Part shown: positions 58,988 to 64,000 of the stretch, in pieces
Numbering within the stretch: position 1 is the stretch's first letter
Layout: every line of letters begins with the position of its first letter
Assembly: GCA_027036135.1 (NCBI GenBank)
Contig: JALVSY010000007.1
Coordinates: forward strand, 1,124,880-1,188,879
Direction: 5' to 3'
Length of the DNA: 64,000 bases
Source: Pyrodictiaceae archaeon
GTDB taxonomy: Archaea > Thermoproteota > Thermoprotei_A > Sulfolobales > Pyrodictiaceae
Position numbers and translations under genes: made by a program
The notes under the pieces: generated by a model
Database searches by the model: none
The model's input: only the letters and a program-made list of their open reading frames with translations
What the model was told of the DNA's origin: nothing

Positions 58988-59764
58988 ATGCTTGGGCTAA
59001 CTGGTATGGGGCTAGCGGAGAGGCTCCGAGAACTATTACCCAATGGGGTCTGTGGAGTAGCGCTGGACATTGATGGGACGCTGACCGAGGAGCGGAGAAT
59101 TGGCTCGTTCCGTGTCTCGCTCGGCGCTATCAGGGCTATCCGCCGCCTAGAGGACAACGGTGTAAGAGTGATGCTGGTGACTGGTAACTCTGCCTACGTT
59201 GTCGCTGGGTTCGCGCGCTACATAGGCGCCTCTGGGCCCCATGTGGCCGAGAACGGGTGCATAGTCTACCAGAGCGGCTCTATATGGAGCGTGTGCAGGC
59301 TCAGCGCTAGGCCCGCAGCGAGGCTCGTCGAGGAGGAACTTGGGGGCCTTGTCACCCCTAGTTGGCAGAACCCTTGCCGGCGCCACGACTACGCCTTCAT
59401 CTCCCACGAGCCAGGCATTGTTGAGCGCGTCAAGGTGTTGCTGACAAAGAGGGGTCTTGACTGGGTGAAGGTGAGCCATAGCGGCTACGCAATCCATCTC
59501 CGCCCACGGGACGCGAGCAAGGGGAGAGGCCTTCTCCACGCACTACGCCTAGCTGGGCTGAGCCCGGGCTGCGTGGTAGCGGTAGGCGACTCTGGCATGG
59601 ACTCGGAGATGCTAGAGGCGGGAGTGGTGCTTGCCGCGGTTGGTAACGCTGAGGAGGAGTTGAGGAAAAGAGCGCACCTGGTGCTGCCTGGCAGGAGCGG
59701 GGAGAGCGTAGAGAGCCTCGTGGACGCGGTCTTCGAGGCGGGACTAGTAAAGGAGAAGAACTAG
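58988..59764 (+). CDS. HAD-IIB phosphoglycolate phosphatase-like hydrolase
   Basis: DIDGTLT, TGN, AENG, SKG, VGDS..D, VGNA. Confidence 0.88.
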   Translation: MLGLTGMGLAERLRELLPNGVCGVALDIDGTLTEERRIGSFRVSLGAIRAIRRLEDNGVRVMLVTGNSAYVVAGFARYIGASGPHVAENGCIVYQSGSIWSVCRLSARPAARLVEEELGGLVTPSWQNPCRRHDYAFISHEPGIVERVKVLLTKRGLDWVKVSHSGYAIHLRPRDASKGRGLLHALRLAGLSPGCVVAVGDSGMDSEMLEAGVVLAAVGNAEEELRKRAHLVLPGRSGESVESLVDAVFEAGLVKEKN

Positions 59765-59791
59765 TAGCCAGGAGAGGAGGCGATAAGAGGC

Positions 59792-60187
59792 TTGGAGAAG
59801 CCGCTAGTCCTCCGCGGCAAGAGGACCCAGGGCCTCGGTGTCGGCGGGCGCTACGTCTCAATGGAGTACTACTCTACGTGGTTCCGCCGACTTCTCGGCT
59901 GCGAACCCTATCCGGGCACTCTCAACTTCAGCGGTAAGGCTGATTGGAGGGAGCTAGCTGGGCTCTGTGAGCCGCTAGTCATACCTGAGAAGAGGATGGG
60001 TGATAAGAGGCTTGGAGCAGTCTATGTGTGGAGAGCTAGGCTGAGAACAGTTACTGGTAAGAGAGATGTCTTGGTCATAAGGCCTCTCCTGAGCAGCCAT
60101 GAGCCAACGGTATTGGAGATTGTTGCTTGTGAGAGACTGGCATCAGTGCTCCCCGACGACGAGATAGAGGTTGAGATAGAGTGCTAA
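59792..60187 (+). CDS. ribK: CTP-dependent riboflavin kinase
   Basis: GLGVGGRYV, PYPGTLN, RP..S.H...LEIV. Confidence 0.85.
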   Translation: MEKPLVLRGKRTQGLGVGGRYVSMEYYSTWFRRLLGCEPYPGTLNFSGKADWRELAGLCEPLVIPEKRMGDKRLGAVYVWRARLRTVTGKRDVLVIRPLLSSHEPTVLEIVACERLASVLPDDEIEVEIEC

Positions 60188-60646
60188 GCTCTCCCCAGGA
60201 GCCTTAACAAGGCCTCCCGGTAGGCGGGGAGCTGCCAGGCATAGTATCTCCCTATGCCGAGGCTGGGTCGGGCTCGAGCCTCCCACTAGCTAGCAGAGAG
60301 TGCCCGGTATGGGCTACGAGGTTGTTCTCCTCGAGGAGGCTTAGGAGCCTAGTATCCGCCTCGAGCAAGTAGTCAGGGTTATTGATGGCCTCTACTAGCT
60401 GGTCTACGAGGCCCTCCTGCTTAGCCCTGCTAACTGGCTCAACTAGTCTATCCTCCAGCTCCCTGAGCCACTCGTTTGTGTTCCAGCTATGCGTCGTGGC
60501 TATCTCGAGTAGTCTCCCGGGGTTCCCGCTGATGAGGCTCCATAGCTCCTCCACTACATCTACGCGGCCAGAGAATGGTCTCGGAGCCCCCGGAGCGCTA
60601 GGTCCTCGAGAACCTCTAGCTCCCTCTCCTTGTCAACGAAGGGCAC
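60184..60646 (-). pseudogene. Internally deleted archaeal ATPase
   Basis: N-terminal VPFVDKERELEVLEDL joined to C-terminal EELWSLISGNPG...GIGRYYAWQLPAYRE; Walker A/B region absent. Confidence 0.7.
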
Positions 60647-60699
60647 AGCCTTGGCCAGGGCCCAGTCTTCCTCTAATATAGCCCTGGTCTCTTCTATGC

Positions 60700-62029
60700 C
60701 TATACTAGTTTCTTTGCCAATTTGTGGAAGTAGCGGCGATAAGTATAGGCGAAGACTATTGACCTAACATAGAGGTCTAGGGCCATGATCAGCCACGCTA
60801 CCAGGGGGCATGATGCCCCGTGGAAGCGGCCCGCCAAGACAAGGCTGGGTGCTACGCGTACCAGGTAGAGACCGGCTAGGTTGATTATTGTCGGCACTGT
60901 TGTTTCCCCGGCACCCCTTATGGCGCCGCTTATGCCCATTACGAGCCCCAGGGCTGGCTCGGAGAGCCCAGCGAGCACTAGGTAGAGGATTACCAGCTTG
61001 CCTATCTCCCAGCTAGGCGCGAAGACTACTGCTGCTAGGGGAGAGGAGGCTATGAGCCCGAGCCCTGCTAGCACCATGAAGCCCGCGCTGGCCTTCGCTA
61101 TCTCCCATTCCCGTTTCTCAGCCCCCGCGTAGTCCTCGGAGCCTACTAGTTGCCCGACCTCGCTAGAGGCGTAGGTCTGGAGAGCGAAGCCCGGCATGTA
61201 GGCGAAGGACTCTATCCTTATACCCACGGTGTGAGCAGCTAGCGCTGCTGTGCCACACCTCGCCACGGCCCCTAGGTAGAAGTAGTTGCCCCCGGCGAAC
61301 AGCATTCGCTCAACCATGGCTGGTAGCCCTACCCTTATCACGCGGTTAGGCCTGTCCACGGGGGAGACCTAGTGTTACCGGGAAGCCTAGGCTCCCCCTA
61401 CCCCGTGCAAGCATGTAAGCTGCGCCAGCAAGGTTCCCGATGTTGCTAGCAAGGGCTGCGCCCGCTACACCCATCCCGGCCCCGAATATCAGCACAGGGT
61501 CAAGAACAGCATTCGTCACCACGGCTACCACGCTTCCCCAGAGAACACCCATGTTAGCCCCAACGGCCCGGTAAGCCGCATCCATCACCATTATCAACGC
61601 GTTGAACGGGAGCCCAGCAAGCAGCACAGCCAAGTAGAGGGTAGCGGTCTCGGCTGTAGCCTCGTTGCTAGAGACGAAGCCCGTTAGGAGAGGCGCTGCA
61701 AGCATCCCAGCTATGCCTAGTGGCAGGGAGACAAGGAGCGAGGCAACAATAGTCTCCCCGAGGATTCTCGATGCAAGGTCTAGCCTCCCGGCCCCATAGG
61801 CCTGGCTAACCACGACCATGGCCCCAACATAGAACATGGCCAGGACAGTGGTTAGGAGCCACTTAACATACCCACCAGCACCAACACCCGCCAAGGCTAC
61901 CGCGCCGAGCCTCGACACAAAGAACATATCAGTAACATTGAGGATGCTGAAAGTGGTCTCAGCCACTACCAGGGGCCAAGCCTCCCTCATAACCCTAGCA
62001 ACAATCCCGGCTAGTTCCCTTACAGTCAT
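60700..62029 (-). CDS. MATE-family efflux transporter, frameshifted at run 61360-61364
   Basis: DMFFVSRLG..ALAGVG, NAVLDPVLIFG..GVAGAALA, IESFAYMPGFA, GAIRGAG. Confidence 0.88.
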
Positions 62030-62286
62030 ATCAGCAGCACCAAGGCCACGAGGAACACTATTAACTCGTATGCGGTGGGGAAGGAGTACTCCGCTAAGAA
62101 GCCCTAGGCACGGCTCTTGCGAGCTATGCCTAGCCTAGATCCATGCTCGGTGCCATATTATCCGCATAGGCCCCTGTATCAGCGTGGGCTATTATCGCTA
62201 TGGCTAGGTGATACTCGCCTCTGTATCGCTCCAGGTATAGCGCCTCGTTGCAATGAGGGAGAACTTATCTAGGAGCAAAGCTGTCT

Positions 62287-62296
62287 ATACATGTAT
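62287..62296. promoter_or_regulatory. ATACATGTAT palindrome, putative RHH antitoxin operator
   Basis: 10-bp perfect palindrome 14 bp upstream of the vapB start. Confidence 0.35.
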
Positions 62297-62310
62297 GTAC
62301 GGGGACAGAC

Positions 62311-62598
62311 GTGTCGGTAACATTTACTGTTCGTATCCCGAGAAGGCTAGCCGAGAAGATGAAGAGGCATAGCGAGATCAACTGGAGCGAGATAGTGAGG
62401 AAGAGTATTGAGGAATACCTAGAGCGCCTAGAAGAGGCAAAGACACGGGTAAGCGCGGCTGAGGTACTAGAGGAGCTAAGAGAAATGGGCCTAGACGAGG
62501 AGCTGCTAGAACCCCTCGGGCCCGATAGGGAGAAGAAGCTCTACGAGGAAATGGTGAAGAAGGAGTGGAAGAGGCTATCTATGACACGAGCGCGGTAA
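62311..62598 (+). CDS. vapB: RHH/CopG-type VapB antitoxin
   Basis: TVRIPRRLAEKMK...INWSEIVRKSIEEYL. Confidence 0.88.
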   Translation: MSVTFTVRIPRRLAEKMKRHSEINWSEIVRKSIEEYLERLEEAKTRVSAAEVLEELREMGLDEELLEPLGPDREKKLYEEMVKKEWKRLSMTRAR

Positions 62599-62987
62599 TA
62601 GAACTAGTAGCTCGTAAAAGGCAGAGGATACCTGGCTACGTCTCAGCGCTCACCGTTGTAGAGTACCCGCCGGTCCTGCGCTTCGTAGACGAGGTGCTCT
62701 ATCCCAGGAAGAGGGACTACCTACTAGCAACAAAGTGGCAGGCAGAGCTAAGGAAGATAGGCACACCGTTGCCAGCCGTGGACCTAGTAATAGCCGCACA
62801 AGCCTATAACGAGAACCTGGCCCTAGTGACCCTTGACAAGCACTTCAAGCTACTAAAACAACTAGTAGCACCCAGGCTAGAGATAAGGGACACTATCCAG
62901 GGCAATAGCCCTACGCGCCACTATTTTGCCCCGCCACATACCCGGGCTTCTCCCGGGGTGTCTGAATTATGGGTTCTCGGCGCGTAG
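62565..62987 (+). CDS. vapC: VapC PIN toxin
   Basis: YDTSAVI, TVVEY, GTPLPAVDLVIAA, LVTLDKHF. Confidence 0.88.
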   Translation: MEEAIYDTSAVIELVARKRQRIPGYVSALTVVEYPPVLRFVDEVLYPRKRDYLLATKWQAELRKIGTPLPAVDLVIAAQAYNENLALVTLDKHFKLLKQLVAPRLEIRDTIQGNSPTRHYFAPPHTRASPGVSELWVLGA

Positions 62988-63529
62988 AGGTTGAGGCCAA
63001 GATCGTTCTCCCGGGCTGCGACTTGCTAAGAGTCGTTGAGGAGAGGCTTCGGGGCCTCGGCGCTGTGCACGAGAAGAGCGTGGTCGAGGAGGATACTTAT
63101 TATCAGCACCCGTGCCGGGACTTCGCTGAGACCGACGAGGCTCTCCGCATCAGACGAGTAGATGGAAGATATGAGCTCACGTATAAGGGGCCTAAGAGGG
63201 TCATAGATGGCTCCAAGGCCCGCGAAGAGATAACTATACAGCTCACCAGCGCCTCCCAGATGGCTAGGCTGCTTGAGGCCCTAGGGTTCCGCCCAGTAGC
63301 CATTGTGCGCAAGCACCGAGACTACTACAAGCTAGGAGACATAGTTGTTAGCCTAGACGAGGTAGAAGAGCTGGGCTGCTTCCTCGAAGCAGAGTATAGT
63401 GGCGAGAGAGGCCCCGAGGAGGCGGCGAGAGCCATAAGGGAGGCCCTAGAGAAGCTCGGCGTATCGGGCTACGGGTCAACCACCAAGTCCTACCTAGAAC
63501 TAATCCTTGAGTCAAAAAGGAAAGCGTGA
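62969..63529 (+). CDS. cyaB: Class IV adenylate cyclase/CYTH protein
   Basis: EVEAK, DTYY..P.RDF..DEALRIR, LTYKGPK, K.R..Y, LG.FLEAE. Confidence 0.88.
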   Translation: MGSRRVEVEAKIVLPGCDLLRVVEERLRGLGAVHEKSVVEEDTYYQHPCRDFAETDEALRIRRVDGRYELTYKGPKRVIDGSKAREEITIQLTSASQMARLLEALGFRPVAIVRKHRDYYKLGDIVVSLDEVEELGCFLEAEYSGERGPEEAARAIREALEKLGVSGYGSTTKSYLELILESKRKA

Positions 63530-63740
63530 TTCATATACTATAAGGGTGTAGCACGGAGTGCCTTGATCAGTAGTCTATAGTCTACAAAGTTTTTCGAGGC
63601 CTAGCCCTAGAAACTCGTAGGGCTTTTACTTGTCTCGGCTATAATGTGAAGCATTATTTGTCTAATAAGGTGACTTTATTTCTATGGTATATGTGGTTCT
63701 TCTTAGTGCTTCTTTGCAAAAACGATATAAAACTAGAGTG

Positions 63741-63754
63741 ACTGACCGGTCAGT
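63741..63754. promoter_or_regulatory. Perfect 14-bp palindrome ACTGACCGGTCAGT between TATA box and start of the CDF gene
   Basis: TATAAAA at 63726-63732 with A-rich BRE; palindrome precedes AGGTGA and ATG 63768. Confidence 0.6.
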
Positions 63755-63767
63755 TAGGTGATAACTT

Positions 63768-64000
63768 ATGCACAAGCATCTTCACAGTATCGCCGAGGAA
63801 AGAATGTGGGCAGTACTCGCCCTAAACATGGCAATAACGCTCGCTGAGCTAATTGGCGGCATATTATCGGGTAGCGTGGCTCTTCTCAGCGACGCTATTC
63901 ATAATCTGGGCGATGCATTAAGTGTTGCAACAAGCTATGTAGCGATGCTCATAGCTAGGCGCCCAGCAACTGAGAGGTATAGTTTCGGCTACAAGAAAGC
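63768..64000 (+). CDS. Cation diffusion facilitator (CzcD/ZitB-like), 5' part
   Basis: MHKHLH...ELIGGILSGSVALLSDAIHNLGD...RRPATERYSFGYKK; not in ORF track because truncated by window end. Confidence 0.9.
   Translation, partial: MHKHLHSIAEERMWAVLALNMAITLAELIGGILSGSVALLSDAIHNLGDALSVATSYVAMLIARRPATERYSFGYKK

Noticed and set aside
62040-62260. Possible minus-strand gene remnant between MATE and vapB
   Set aside because: Short stop-interrupted frame with no recognisable motif; cannot be assigned.
1-64000. CRISPR array, tRNA, rRNA, transposase or integrase
   Set aside because: No regularly spaced direct repeats, cloverleaf or rRNA-like sequence, or recombinase motifs found by eye.

Overview
Gene-dense chromosome segment from a hyperthermophilic crenarchaeon. 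The taxon is inferred from an ESCRT-III/CdvB paralog, PaREP1 genes, a GHMP-type shikimate kinase and a CTP-dependent riboflavin kinase, and is probably Desulfurococcales/Pyrodictiaceae-like. The core is a ~24 kb aromatic supercluster: futalosine menaquinone genes mqnC-E-A-D, the full classical shikimate pathway (DAHP synthase, aroB, D, E, K, A, C), a split transketolase, and chorismate mutase/prephenate dehydrogenase plus prephenate dehydratase. Toxin-antitoxin modules and archaeal ATPases repeatedly interrupt this cluster. The window also holds sufCB, a giant MMPL transporter, a large subtilase, a C25 protease and a MoxR-type accessory operon with no moxR. The most notable unannotated signal is at 32.9-36.8 kb: three degenerate Cys-rich hydrophobic peptide C-termini (halocin C8-like pattern), each directly followed by a membrane protein, with three of the four membrane proteins being paralogs. 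This resembles an orphan toxin-tip/immunity cassette array. About nine single-base indels, nearly all in homopolymer runs, split genes and are most likely sequencing errors. No rRNA, tRNA, CRISPR array or transposase was recognised.
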